From Candidatus Rifleibacteriota bacterium (GTDB lineage: Bacteria > Muiribacteriota > Ozemobacteria > Ozemobacterales > Ozemobacteraceae), in contig JANJUX010000055.1 of the NCBI GenBank assembly GCA_024710355.1, forward strand, positions 34,248-98,247: 64,000 nt of DNA, read 5' to 3'. The notes beneath the pieces were generated by a model, which saw only the letters and a program-made list of their open reading frames with translations, searched no databases and was not told where the DNA came from. A program made the position numbers and the translations under genes. This document shows positions 1 through 8,951 of this stretch, piece after piece (the first letter of the stretch is position 1; every line of letters starts with the position of its first letter).

Positions 1-1799
1 AATGCTTCGGGGCTGGCGCAGACAAGCTCGCGGCTCATGCCGGGATACTGGGCGCCCTGGCCGGGGAAGATCACGCCGATCGGTTTAACATCATGGTTCT
101 GGCTGAAGCAGGCACCATTCGGCAGCACAAAGCGGCCAGTTTCGGCACCCTTGTCGAGCTGGGCCGTGATTTCGCCGAGCAGCTTGTTCAGGTCGGTGCC
201 GGCATCGACGACAAAGGTCAGGCGGCAGGCGTCTTTATGATTGAAATCGCGGCGGCTTTCGGCAGCGCCCATACGGATCTGGCGGGCATTCTTCGCCTGT
301 GCCAGTTTTCCGAGCGCGGTTTTGAGATCGGCGGTATTTTTACCCGAGAAAGTGAACAGTTCGGTGCCGCGGGCCCAGTCCCAGCAGTGCTTTTCCTGGG
401 TATATTCAGAAATTACCACATGGAAATTGCTGCCGCCGAAGCCGAGGGCGCTGACTGCGGCATAGCGCGGCCGACCGTCGTCGGTGACCCATGGCCTCAT
501 CTGATCGGGCAGATAGAGCGGAACATTCTCTGAAGTCAGGGTAGCTGCCGGCTTTGAAATCTTGATTGTCGGCGGAATAACCTTGTGATAAATGGCCAGA
601 GCGGCCTTGATCAGACCGGCAGAGCCGGCTGCGGCTTTGGTGTGGCCGATCTGCGACTTAACCGAGCCAAGAGCGCACCATGGGCGGCCGTTATCGGCCT
701 GGCCATAGATTTCTTTCAGCGCATTGACTTCGACTTCGTCGCCGGCGCCGGTGCCGGTGCCGTGGGCTTCGATCAGGCTGATATCGCGTGGCGAAATGCC
801 GGCCTGTTCATAGGCGCGGCGCAGAGCCTTGACCTGGCCTTCGGCGCTTGGCGCGTAAATGGCCTTGCCTTTACCGTCGCTCGAAGTGCCGACCGAGTTC
901 AAGGTTGCGTAAATGCGGTCGCCGTCGCGTTCTGCGTCTGAGAGGCGCTTGAGTACCACCATGCCGATGCCTTCACCAAGAATGGTGCCGTCGTTGTCGA
1001 CGCTGAATGGCCGTGAATGACCGGTTGCCGACAGGGCAGGGGTTTTGCAGAAGCACATATACATGAAAATATCGTTGAAAGTATCGACGCCGCCGGTGAT
1101 GACCATGTCGGTCTTGCCGGTCCAGAGTTCCATGGCGGCGAGGTTGACGGCGCTCAGGGCACTGCCGCAGGCAGCGTCGACAACACAGTTGGTGCCGCCA
1201 AGGTTCAGGCGGTTGGCGATACGGCCGGCGGCCACGTTGCCCAGCAGACCGGGGAATGAGTTTTCCTGCCAGCCGACATAGGCTTTGCCGATGTTTTTGA
1301 TGACTTCTTCGGTGATTTCAGGCGCGATGCCGGCATGCTGCATGGCGCGGCGCCAGATCGGGTGCCCGAGGCGGGCGCCAAGCGGCACAACCAGTTCGAG
1401 AGTGCCGGTCAGACCGAGAACGACGCTGACATTGTCGCGATTGAATTCGCGGCCGGCAGTGTAGCCGGCATCTACCAGCGCTCCCTGGGCGACAACCAGG
1501 CTCAGCAGCTGGGATGTGTCGATGGCGTCGAGATCCGATGGCGCTATTCCCCATTCACCGGGGTTGAAATCAACCGGATCGAGAAAGCCGCCGGTTTTGG
1601 CGTAGACGTGATCGGGTCGCTTCTTGTCTGTATCGAAGAAGTCTTTGGGGTCCCAGTGGGTGTCAGCCGGTACTTCGCGGATGGCATCAACTTTCTCTTT
1701 GATGTTGGCCCAGTAGTCCTCTACTGATTGAGCCTTCGGAAACATGCAGCTCATGCCAACGATCGCAAGTGGTTCGAAAGATTGTTTTGTGCGCTTCAT
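1..1799 (-). CDS. Type I iterative PKS / PUFA synthase (PfaA-like), N-terminal KS and start of AT domain; truncated by the left window edge
   Basis: Not in the ORF track; translated manually from the ATG at 1799 (AGGAAG upstream). Begins MKRTKQSFEPLAIVGMSCMFP. KS active site GGTNCVVDAACGSAL, EAHGTGT, KSQIGHTKAAAG, then AT entry motif IFPGQGAQYPGM. pfaD and a PPTase lie upstream. Confidence 0.93.
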   Translation of the reverse strand, partial: MKRTKQSFEPLAIVGMSCMFPKAQSVEDYWANIKEKVDAIREVPADTHWDPKDFFDTDKKRPDHVYAKTGGFLDPVDFNPGEWGIAPSDLDAIDTSQLLSLVVAQGALVDAGYTAGREFNRDNVSVVLGLTGTLELVVPLGARLGHPIWRRAMQHAGIAPEITEEVIKNIGKAYVGWQENSFPGLLGNVAAGRIANRLNLGGTNCVVDAACGSALSAVNLAAMELWTGKTDMVITGGVDTFNDIFMYMCFCKTPALSATGHSRPFSVDNDGTILGEGIGMVVLKRLSDAERDGDRIYATLNSVGTSSDGKGKAIYAPSAEGQVKALRRAYEQAGISPRDISLIEAHGTGTGAGDEVEVNALKEIYGQADNGRPWCALGSVKSQIGHTKAAAGSAGLIKAALAIYHKVIPPTIKISKPAATLTSENVPLYLPDQMRPWVTDDGRPRYAAVSALGFGGSNFHVVISEYTQEKHCWDWARGTELFTFSGKNTADLKTALGKLAQAKNARQIRMGAAESRRDFNHKDACRLTFVVDAGTDLNKLLGEITAQLDKGAETGRFVLPNGACFSQNHDVKPIGVIFPGQGAQYPGMSRELVCASPEA

Positions 1800-2027
1800 A
1801 CCGGCCTTCCTGTGCTGTAAAATCGAACTACAGCCTGTCGCCACTACCTCTGCCTTTACCGCCCTGAATCGGTCAGGCTCGGCAATTTGAGGCGCTTTGC
1901 GCAGGTCTGTCACGTGTACATAAATTTGCCAGAATGTTAACACGCCGGCGGCAATTTTTGAAGCTTTATTTATCTACTTTGGCAGGCGCACCAGACCAGC
2001 CTTTTTTTATGCCGGTCGCCAGAATGC

Positions 2028-2070
2028 CGAAGATTTCTGTGAGCGAAAGCGAAAAGAAAAAAATCTGCGG
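2028..2070. repeat. REP-like intergenic hairpin with GTGAGC-GAAA-GCGAA core
   Basis: Imperfect stem CCG-A-AGATTT/AAATCT-G-CGG around GTGAGCGAAAGCGAAA. The same core recurs at 46049 and 54115. Confidence 0.4.
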
Positions 2071-2072
2071 GC

Positions 2073-2744
2073 TCAATAATTTTCGATTTGCGGCGAATCG
2101 GGCAGTAGAAAACGGTTTTCGTTAAGATGGCTGTCGGGGCAGGCAAAAATGATGGTCAGAGGCGCTTCGCCGCTTCTGACCAGCTGGTGGGCAAAACCTT
2201 CCGGAATGACGAAACTGTCACCGGCCTTAACCTGCAGAGGCTGCTGCCAGGCGACTGAAGTCTCTGATTCGAGCTCTTCAATCGCTTCTTTCAATACTTC
2301 CGAAGAGACATGCAGGGCTGCCAGCCCGGCGATGGGCAAGGCGACGGGGCAGGCTGCCAGATGAGTCGCGCTGTTGATCACCTTGCAGGCGGTGCTTATC
2401 GCTTCCGACTCCGAAAGTCCGGCGTGATCAACCGAGATTTTACCATGCTCACCGTTGCAAACCCTGTTCTCTACCGCGCCAAAATATAGAATGCCCGAGC
2501 CTTCGACCACTTCATAAACTTCTTCGCCATGCCGGTGATAATGGCAGTTGACTTTGCTTGCTATTTCCGCCACATGATAGCGCCATTCCGGGCTACCGTG
2601 AAGTTTCGCATGTTTTATGCCGGCAGCTTTGTCGAACTGGCTTTTACTGAGCGCCTGACGCCATTCAGATTCACTGATATCGAGCAGATTGCCAATCAGT
2701 TTGCTGAAGGCCGAATTGAACCTGTTCTTGATAATGATAGTCAT
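2073..2744 (-). CDS. Cupin domain protein with a long internal insertion
   Basis: Cupin motif 1 (HYHRHGEEVYEVVEGSG) and motif 2 (VKAGDSFVIPEGFAHQL) are separated by about 85 aa instead of the usual ~15. Confidence 0.8.
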   Translation of the reverse strand: MTIIIKNRFNSAFSKLIGNLLDISESEWRQALSKSQFDKAAGIKHAKLHGSPEWRYHVAEIASKVNCHYHRHGEEVYEVVEGSGILYFGAVENRVCNGEHGKISVDHAGLSESEAISTACKVINSATHLAACPVALPIAGLAALHVSSEVLKEAIEELESETSVAWQQPLQVKAGDSFVIPEGFAHQLVRSGEAPLTIIFACPDSHLNENRFLLPDSPQIENY

Positions 2745-3081
2745 TTTTCTTCAATCTTCCGTTTCCCTGATTATATATTTATTGAGCATCTGTGCAAGTG
2801 CTGAGATGGAAAAGGCTTGCGGATACTGGCAGTGAACCATACTTCTGCGGGTTGGTCATGACTGGATCCTCTATCCGACCATTACCGCAGAATCTCAATG
2901 ATCGCTGCTGACATGGTTTCCTCGACAAAAATCTTGAGAACGAATGTTTCTATTTATTGACGATTTTAGCAGATATCATTTTGAAAAACTACTTTCGGTG
3001 AAAATGCCTTCTATCGCCATGGGAAAAAGGCATGCGCAAACTTTTTCCAGCCACGCAACAGGTTTGCCGATTTTCGCAAAT

Positions 3082-3113
3082 AAAAAAGCTGCCCCGACGT
3101 CGCCAGGGCAGCC
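3082..3113 (-). terminator. Rho-independent terminator after the PAD gene
   Basis: GCTGCCC/GGGCAGC stem followed on the minus strand by TTTTTT, just downstream of the stop at 3131. Confidence 0.75.
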
Positions 3114-3130
3114 TCGCTTTATTCAGCAGC

Positions 3131-4606
3131 TTACTTCGGAACCACGAAATACCTGTTCGGGTGCCTGAAAACATTGGTGCCGCAATGCAGCTGACCCTGA
3201 AGATTATGATAGGGCAGGGAATCGATGAAATTCGCGCGCAGCCCGATCATGTCTGCAGCCCTGGCAATGTATCTACGCATGGCATCGACTTTTGGATCAG
3301 GGACAATCAGCTGGTTGTTCAGGATCAGCTGATTGACGCTGCCCGGCAGATAGGCGATGTGCTTGCCTGAATAAATCTTTCTGAACAGAGCCGGAAACGA
3401 AAGAACCGAATGGGGTTTACCCGATTCTTTCCGCACTTCTGAAATTTTGTCGCAGGCGCGCTTAACGTTGGTGTCGATCAGATTGCCGAGAGTCAGGTTG
3501 AGCTTGATGAATTCTTCAACCTCGTCGCCGGAAATATCGTGTCCGGAAGCGAGAATCGCCCCTGATTTCGATTTAACAAGAGCTTCACTGGTTTCTTCCG
3601 GCAGATTGATGTATTCAAGAACCGCTTCAGAGAACGGCTTTCTTGCTCCGGCTCTGTTTTTTCTACCCTGTTTGAGAGCTTTGGCCTTTTCTGCTTCTGC
3701 TTTTACCAGATATTTTTTGATCTTGAGCAGAGCATCGCGGTATTCCTTGTGCTCAATGGTTTTCAGTTCTTCGTCGGTCGCATCTTTAACAAGCCGCAGA
3801 GCCAGTCTGGGGTTGGCTTTAATCAGAGTATAGCCTCGGGTTGCCTTCGGATTCGGGCAGACTGAGATATATTCATCGACATGGCCGACGTGCAGCCATT
3901 CTGTCTCGAGAACCGCCATGCGGTTCTGATAGCCATGCTTTTCTAGATAAGTTCTGAGCTCCGGCGTCGATGTATCGCCGATCAACAGAACGTTGTCGGG
4001 CGTAACTTCGATATTGCCGCCGTAATCGCCGCCGGAATACGCTTCAGACGGGTTTTTCAGCAGGTAGCTGTTCCAGAATTTTGCGAGAATCTCGGGCAGT
4101 TCGGCGTTGTCGCGGCCCCGGTTCGAATCGAAAACCACCGTCTGCGGCTTCGGTTCGCCCTTGATTTTTACCACGCCAACTTCGCCCCAGTCCTGCATCC
4201 ACATGTCGCGGGTGGTGTACCCCTTGTTGAATTCAACGTAGCGGGCTACCCGTTCAGCGCCAACCTGGGTTCTGAGATGCTCATAATCCTTTTCGTTCAT
4301 TTCCCAACCGGGAATTATGTGAACCTTGAATTCTTCGCCCTTCTTGACCTGGCCCTTTTCGTGCATGCCGGCAACGATATTGACCAGCGAAATGACGAAG
4401 TTTTCGTTCTTCTGTCCTGGTGTATAAACGACGAGAACCTTGACCGGGATATTATTCGGGCTCAAAAACCTGATGCTTTCAATCTCTTCTGGAGATGCGA
4501 CCTGTCTGACACGCGCTTCGACATCACAGAAAAGACCGCCTGCCGCCATGAAAAAAGCCAGAGCCGCACCAGCGGCGTATTTAACTCCGAATTTCCCGGT
4601 TGGCAT
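3131..4606 (-). CDS. Protein-arginine deiminase (animal PADI-type catalytic domain), likely exported
   Basis: Motifs DMWMQDWGE, FDSNRGR, GGNIEVTP, WLHVGHVDE and YHNLQGQLHCGTNVFR match PADI catalytic Asp, His-x-Asp and Cys. Start placed at ATG 4606 (GGAGAA RBS); a hydrophobic signal-like N-terminus ends in VEA. Confidence 0.9.
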   Translation of the reverse strand: MPTGKFGVKYAAGAALAFFMAAGGLFCDVEARVRQVASPEEIESIRFLSPNNIPVKVLVVYTPGQKNENFVISLVNIVAGMHEKGQVKKGEEFKVHIIPGWEMNEKDYEHLRTQVGAERVARYVEFNKGYTTRDMWMQDWGEVGVVKIKGEPKPQTVVFDSNRGRDNAELPEILAKFWNSYLLKNPSEAYSGGDYGGNIEVTPDNVLLIGDTSTPELRTYLEKHGYQNRMAVLETEWLHVGHVDEYISVCPNPKATRGYTLIKANPRLALRLVKDATDEELKTIEHKEYRDALLKIKKYLVKAEAEKAKALKQGRKNRAGARKPFSEAVLEYINLPEETSEALVKSKSGAILASGHDISGDEVEEFIKLNLTLGNLIDTNVKRACDKISEVRKESGKPHSVLSFPALFRKIYSGKHIAYLPGSVNQLILNNQLIVPDPKVDAMRRYIARAADMIGLRANFIDSLPYHNLQGQLHCGTNVFRHPNRYFVVPK

Positions 4607-4637
4607 AAAACTTCTCCTGCAAAATAATGATGCAGAC

Positions 4638-4666
4638 ATTATACCAGACAAGATCTTCTTCTGGAA
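4638..4666 (-). promoter_or_regulatory. sigma70-type promoter of the PAD gene
   Basis: Minus strand TTCCAG-17bp-TATAAT with TG extended -10, about 30 bp upstream of ATG 4606. Confidence 0.6.
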
Positions 4667-4708
4667 CAGCCGCCGTAAAAGCTTCACCCCGGGCTGATTA
4701 TAGCGCCG

Positions 4709-5410
4709 TTAAAGGGAAAACTGCTGCAGACTGAGCTGCAGTGCGGGTGCCTGCAGAGCGATCGCTGCCTGGTAATCGGGCGCCGGGCAGAAATCGCCAA
4801 AAACCCAGTTCTGGCTTTGTGAGGGGTCGCCGAGACGTTCACGCAGGGCGCGCGGTTCATCAGGTTTGAACGAGATCAGAGTGTGCCCGAGGCCGGCGAT
4901 GCCTTCGCCGGTCGCTTTCAATAGGGCTTCCTTGCGGGTCCAGCCACGGAAAAAAGCATGCTGCTGGCTCGGAACGCTGAACCTCGACCATTCTTCCCGT
5001 TCAGATTCAGAAAAAAAGCGGTGCATGACTGCGGCGAAATCGACATGCCGCGGCAGGTATTCGACGTCGACACCGACCGGGTGCCGGGCCAGAGCGATCA
5101 GGGCCAGGGTGCGGCTGTGCGAGATATTGAAAAAAAGCCCCGGGTTGTCGGGCAGAAATGGTTTGCCATGCTCGTGCGTGGCGATAATTACCCGGGCGGG
5201 TTCGGTATCGAGCAGCTGGCCGAGCAGAAAGCGCAAGACGCCGCGCGCCGCCAGAAACATTTCGCGGGGCGCCGCGACACTGTAGCGTTCAAGTCTGGCC
5301 AGATCTTCACTGCTCAGAAAAGCTTTCAGTTCCTGAAGCTTTCCGGCAAGCTGTGTTGTATCGACAACCTGCACCATGACCTGGTTGGGTGCCAGTTCTG
5401 TGCCGGGCAT
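4709..5410 (-). CDS. 4'-phosphopantetheinyl transferase (Sfp/PfaE type)
   Basis: HGKPFL, FNISHS, VGVDVE and WTRKEALLKATGEG motifs. Confidence 0.95.
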   Translation of the reverse strand: MPGTELAPNQVMVQVVDTTQLAGKLQELKAFLSSEDLARLERYSVAAPREMFLAARGVLRFLLGQLLDTEPARVIIATHEHGKPFLPDNPGLFFNISHSRTLALIALARHPVGVDVEYLPRHVDFAAVMHRFFSESEREEWSRFSVPSQQHAFFRGWTRKEALLKATGEGIAGLGHTLISFKPDEPRALRERLGDPSQSQNWVFGDFCPAPDYQAAIALQAPALQLSLQQFSL

Positions 5411-5415
5411 GCTTT

Positions 5416-7083
5416 TCAGATCAGCTTGCCGATCTGTTCAAGGGTGCGCGGGCCGACGGCGCTGAGAGCGTCGGCGAAGCGCAGGCCCTGGTTGCGCAGC
5501 TGCGTAAATCTGAGTTCGACAGCTGAGCCATAGAGCAGGTTCATGGCCACATCGACAACCTTGCGGTTCTCTGGCTTTTCGAAAAAACTGCCCTTGGCCC
5601 ATTCATTGAAAGCGCCCATGGCCGGGCCACACCAGATCTGATAGTCGACCTTGCGGTTCTCTTCGCCGGCAACTGCCCAGCGCGGTGACAGGCCGAGATA
5701 CCATCTGAAAATCAGCGCCATTTTGTGGTGCGGGTCGGCAGCCGCTTTTTCGAGCTGTGAGGGGTCGCGCTGCTTGAAAAATTCAGCAGTGCCGGCCCAG
5801 ATGTTGTCGAGACTGTCCTGAAAAACCGTCTTTTCAAGCATCTGACGATCGGCCGGCGGCAGAGCTTCGATGCTTTCGTAACGGCGGTAGAATTCGTAAA
5901 GCTTCTGGGCGCGCATCGCGAACATGGTGCCGCGTTTCAGTACCTGAACGGTAACGCCCATTTCAAACATGTCGCCGGCCGGCGCCATGGCGATATCGGC
6001 CTGGCCGGCGTTAGCCAGCATCAGGCGGGCGGCATCGGAAGTGCCTGATTCGACACAGGCCTGATGTACCGAGCCGACTACCAGATAAGAAGCGCCCATT
6101 GCAAAAGCGGCGGCGGCAGAAGCCGGAGTGCCGGTGCCACCACCAAAGCCTACGCGCAGCGGCATGTCATATTTGTATTCTGCCTGCATACGGTTTTTGA
6201 GAGCAATCATGGTCGGGTGCAGTGAAACGGCCGGGCGATTGTCGGTGTGTCCGCCAGAATCTGCTTCAGAAGTGAGATCCTGGGCAACCGGAATCCGCGC
6301 AGCCAGGCGGGCTTGCTGTTCGGTGATTGCACCAGATTCAAGCAGCTTCTGCAGCATTTTTTCGGGTGGCGGTGCAAAAAATTTCGAGGCGACTTCGACG
6401 CGGCTGACTTTCGCAATTACCCGGTTCGGGGTGATGATGCGGCCGTTGGCGTCTTCATGAATTCCGTGCAGGCGGTAGCGCACCAGTGGCAGCGACATGG
6501 CGAGAAACGCCGAGGCTTCGACGAGTCTGACTTCATGGCGCAGATACAGGTCGACGATTGCGTCTTCGAGACCCTTTTCGTTCGGGCTGTGAATCAGGTT
6601 GAAACCGAACGGAACCGGTTCTTTCAGGCTTTTCATCTGCAGAATCGCCTTTTCAACCTTGGCGGGTGAATCACCGGCAGCACCGATGAAGCCGAGCATG
6701 CCGGCGCGGCCAAGCTGAATGGCGATTTCGGGTGAGCTGATGCCATGCGCCATCGAACCGCCAACATAGGCATATTTCAGGCCGTGGTCATGACAGAATG
6801 ATGCATCACCAAGATTTTCGAGCAGCGATGGCGATGAGAAGCCCATCAGCGGCAGTGCGCCGGTTGGTCTGGAATTCAGGTCAAAAGAGATGTCGCCCTG
6901 GTCGGTGAGGCTGATTCTACCGTCGTGCAATACGGCAAAAACCGGCCGGGTCAGGTTGCCGAGCAGCTCGGCCATGCCGGCCTGGTCAGACTTGAGAGAG
7001 GCGGGGGCGCCTTTCCACCAGCCTGAGTGCATCTGCTGCGAAAAAGAAGGCCAAACCAACGCGCTGTTATCTGAAAGGGTCAT
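5416..7083 (-). CDS. pfaD: PUFA synthase enoyl-ACP reductase PfaD
   Basis: GSMAHGISS, IAKVSRVEVA, EADSGGHTDNRP, MAPAGDMFEMGVTVQVLKRG and DYQIWCGPAMGAFNEW motifs. Confidence 0.95.
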   Translation of the reverse strand: MTLSDNSALVWPSFSQQMHSGWWKGAPASLKSDQAGMAELLGNLTRPVFAVLHDGRISLTDQGDISFDLNSRPTGALPLMGFSSPSLLENLGDASFCHDHGLKYAYVGGSMAHGISSPEIAIQLGRAGMLGFIGAAGDSPAKVEKAILQMKSLKEPVPFGFNLIHSPNEKGLEDAIVDLYLRHEVRLVEASAFLAMSLPLVRYRLHGIHEDANGRIITPNRVIAKVSRVEVASKFFAPPPEKMLQKLLESGAITEQQARLAARIPVAQDLTSEADSGGHTDNRPAVSLHPTMIALKNRMQAEYKYDMPLRVGFGGGTGTPASAAAAFAMGASYLVVGSVHQACVESGTSDAARLMLANAGQADIAMAPAGDMFEMGVTVQVLKRGTMFAMRAQKLYEFYRRYESIEALPPADRQMLEKTVFQDSLDNIWAGTAEFFKQRDPSQLEKAAADPHHKMALIFRWYLGLSPRWAVAGEENRKVDYQIWCGPAMGAFNEWAKGSFFEKPENRKVVDVAMNLLYGSAVELRFTQLRNQGLRFADALSAVGPRTLEQIGKLI

Positions 7084-7240
7084 CAGGAGTGTTTCCTCCG
7101 CTGTATCTGTAGTGTCGAAGCTTTATTGCCGGCAATTCTAACTAATTCCGGGCAAAATTGCAATGCACAAAAATTCAGCCTGAATCAGAGCGCTTTGTGT
7201 GGTAAAATGCCGGCATAATACATCAGGCACGGAGATAACC

Positions 7241-8086
7241 ATGGCGAACCTTGCAGCTTTTAACCGTTTGAAAGTGACCCGCAGCGTGGCTGCCGGCATT
7301 TATGTCGATGCCGGCGAGTTTGGCGAGCTGATGCTGCCCGGTTGGGACGTAACCACTCCGCTCGAAGCCGGCAACGAAGTCGATGTTTTCCTGTTTCCTG
7401 ATGCCGAGGGAAAAGTGGTCGCGAGTATGCGCCGCCCCCTGGCTCTGCCGGGCGAAGCCGCGCTGCTGAAAGTTGCCGCCGTGACCGCCTCCGGCGCCCT
7501 GCTTGAGTGGGGCATGCCAAAAAGCCTTTTTGTGCCGGTGAAAGAGCAGGCCGAAAAGATGGTCAAGGGCTTCTCTTATGTCGTTTATGTGCATTTTGAC
7601 AAGCGCACCCGTACCCTGAACGGTTCTTCGAATCTCGAAAAATTTATGACCACCACCCCGGGCGGCCTCGAACTGAACCAGGAAGTCACGCTTCTCGTCT
7701 TTGACGAAAGCGACCTTGGCTATCGCGTTGTCGTCAACAACTGCGGCCTGGGCTTTGTTTATCGCAACGACCTGTTTCGATCGCTGAAAATCGGCGAAAA
7801 AACGACCGGCTACGTTAAAAATATCCGCGAAGACGGCCGCGTCGACTTTTATCTGCAGAAGCCCGGTTATGGCCGCATTCTCGATCTGGGCGAGCAGATT
7901 ATCGAGAAGCTTCGTGCTGCCGGCGGGTTTCTGGCGATAACTGATAAAAGCCCGGCCGAAGAGATTTACGAGTTGTTTGCCACCAGTAAAAAGAATTATA
8001 AAAAGGCGGTCGGCGGCCTTTACAAAAAGGGCCTGCTGGTGATCGAAGACGAAGGTATTCGCCTGACCCCCGCCGGTCGCAAATAA
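7241..8086 (+). CDS. CvfB/YitL family S1-domain RNA-binding protein
   Basis: Tandem S1-like segments, KNIREDGRVD, and the C-terminal winged helix TDKSPAEEIYELFATSKKNYKKAVGGLYK. GGAG RBS before ATG 7241. Confidence 0.9.
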   Translation: MANLAAFNRLKVTRSVAAGIYVDAGEFGELMLPGWDVTTPLEAGNEVDVFLFPDAEGKVVASMRRPLALPGEAALLKVAAVTASGALLEWGMPKSLFVPVKEQAEKMVKGFSYVVYVHFDKRTRTLNGSSNLEKFMTTTPGGLELNQEVTLLVFDESDLGYRVVVNNCGLGFVYRNDLFRSLKIGEKTTGYVKNIREDGRVDFYLQKPGYGRILDLGEQIIEKLRAAGGFLAITDKSPAEEIYELFATSKKNYKKAVGGLYKKGLLVIEDEGIRLTPAGRK

Positions 8087-8092
8087 GTTGTT

Positions 8093-8845
8093 GTGATTGA
8101 ATCGTTTCAAAAAAAGATCGATACCCTCGATATCAGTATTTTTTCGGGGGTTCCGTCGCAGACAACCGATGCCGACCGCAGATCACTGCTGGCGGTGCAG
8201 CGTGCCGTTGCCGCAGCTCACAGCAGTTATGCCTATCTCGAAATAGGCTCGCACTTGGGTGGCACTATTCAGCCGTATCTGGCCGATCCGCGCTGTGGCC
8301 GCATTTTTTCGCTCGACCCGCGCCCGGCCGCGCAGCCTGACGACCGCCGCCCCGGTCATATAGCCCGCTACGAGAACAACTCTTCGCAGCGTATGCTCGA
8401 CATGTTGTCTGGTGCCGGGCTGGGCGACATTGGGCGCATCAGCTGCATCGAGCTCGATTCCTCACAGGTGGCGCCCGAAATGATTGCCCCGGCGCCGGCA
8501 ATCGCTTTTATCGACGGCGAACACACCGCCCGGGCTGTGGTTGCCGATTTTAACTTCTGCCGGCAGGTGCTGCGCCCCGATGGCGTCGTCGTTTTTCACG
8601 ATTTTTCTATTCTGTATCGCCCTCTTTTTGCCATGTTGCGATCATGGCGTCGGCAAAAACTGCCGTGGGCCATTGTCAGGCTCCCAGACAATCTGCTCGC
8701 CGTCTTCTTCGACCCGGCAGTTCCGGCCGCCGACCCCTGGCTTGCAGTCATGCAGCGCCGCACCAGCCGCAGCCTGCTGCTGTTCCGCCTGATCACCCTG
8801 GCAAAATCATTGAAAAGAAAATTCCTGGCAGCCCTTGTTAAATGA
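8093..8845 (+). CDS. Class I SAM-dependent methyltransferase (Methyltransf_24-like)
   Basis: YLEIGSHLGGT, AFIDGEHT and LRPDGVVVFHD motifs. Confidence 0.85.
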   Translation: MIESFQKKIDTLDISIFSGVPSQTTDADRRSLLAVQRAVAAAHSSYAYLEIGSHLGGTIQPYLADPRCGRIFSLDPRPAAQPDDRRPGHIARYENNSSQRMLDMLSGAGLGDIGRISCIELDSSQVAPEMIAPAPAIAFIDGEHTARAVVADFNFCRQVLRPDGVVVFHDFSILYRPLFAMLRSWRRQKLPWAIVRLPDNLLAVFFDPAVPAADPWLAVMQRRTSRSLLLFRLITLAKSLKRKFLAALVK

Positions 8846-8951
8846 ACGTTTGAACGTTCTCTCCGAGTTTGCCGGCGGCGTGGGGTTCCTTGCCGGTAGT
8901 GGTGTTGAGGGTTATAATTCAGGGATAATCTTAAGTTTTGGAGGCGTTTTG

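Noticed and set aside
37..1727. Several plus-strand ORFs of 67-146 aa
   Set aside because: Antisense shadows of the minus-strand KS-AT gene, which the ORF track missed because it runs off the edge.
2250..2465. Intein as an explanation of the cupin insertion
   Set aside because: Too short, and lacks the C-terminal His-Asn followed by Cys/Ser/Thr.
3031..3080. c-di-GMP-I riboswitch suggested by GGCAAAC on the minus strand
   Set aside because: No GNRA-capped P2 or downstream GACGCAAA/P3 arrangement.
7223..8110. 295-aa minus-strand ORF overlapping the CvfB gene
   Set aside because: Codon-registered antisense frame with no motifs; typical of GC-biased coding sequence.
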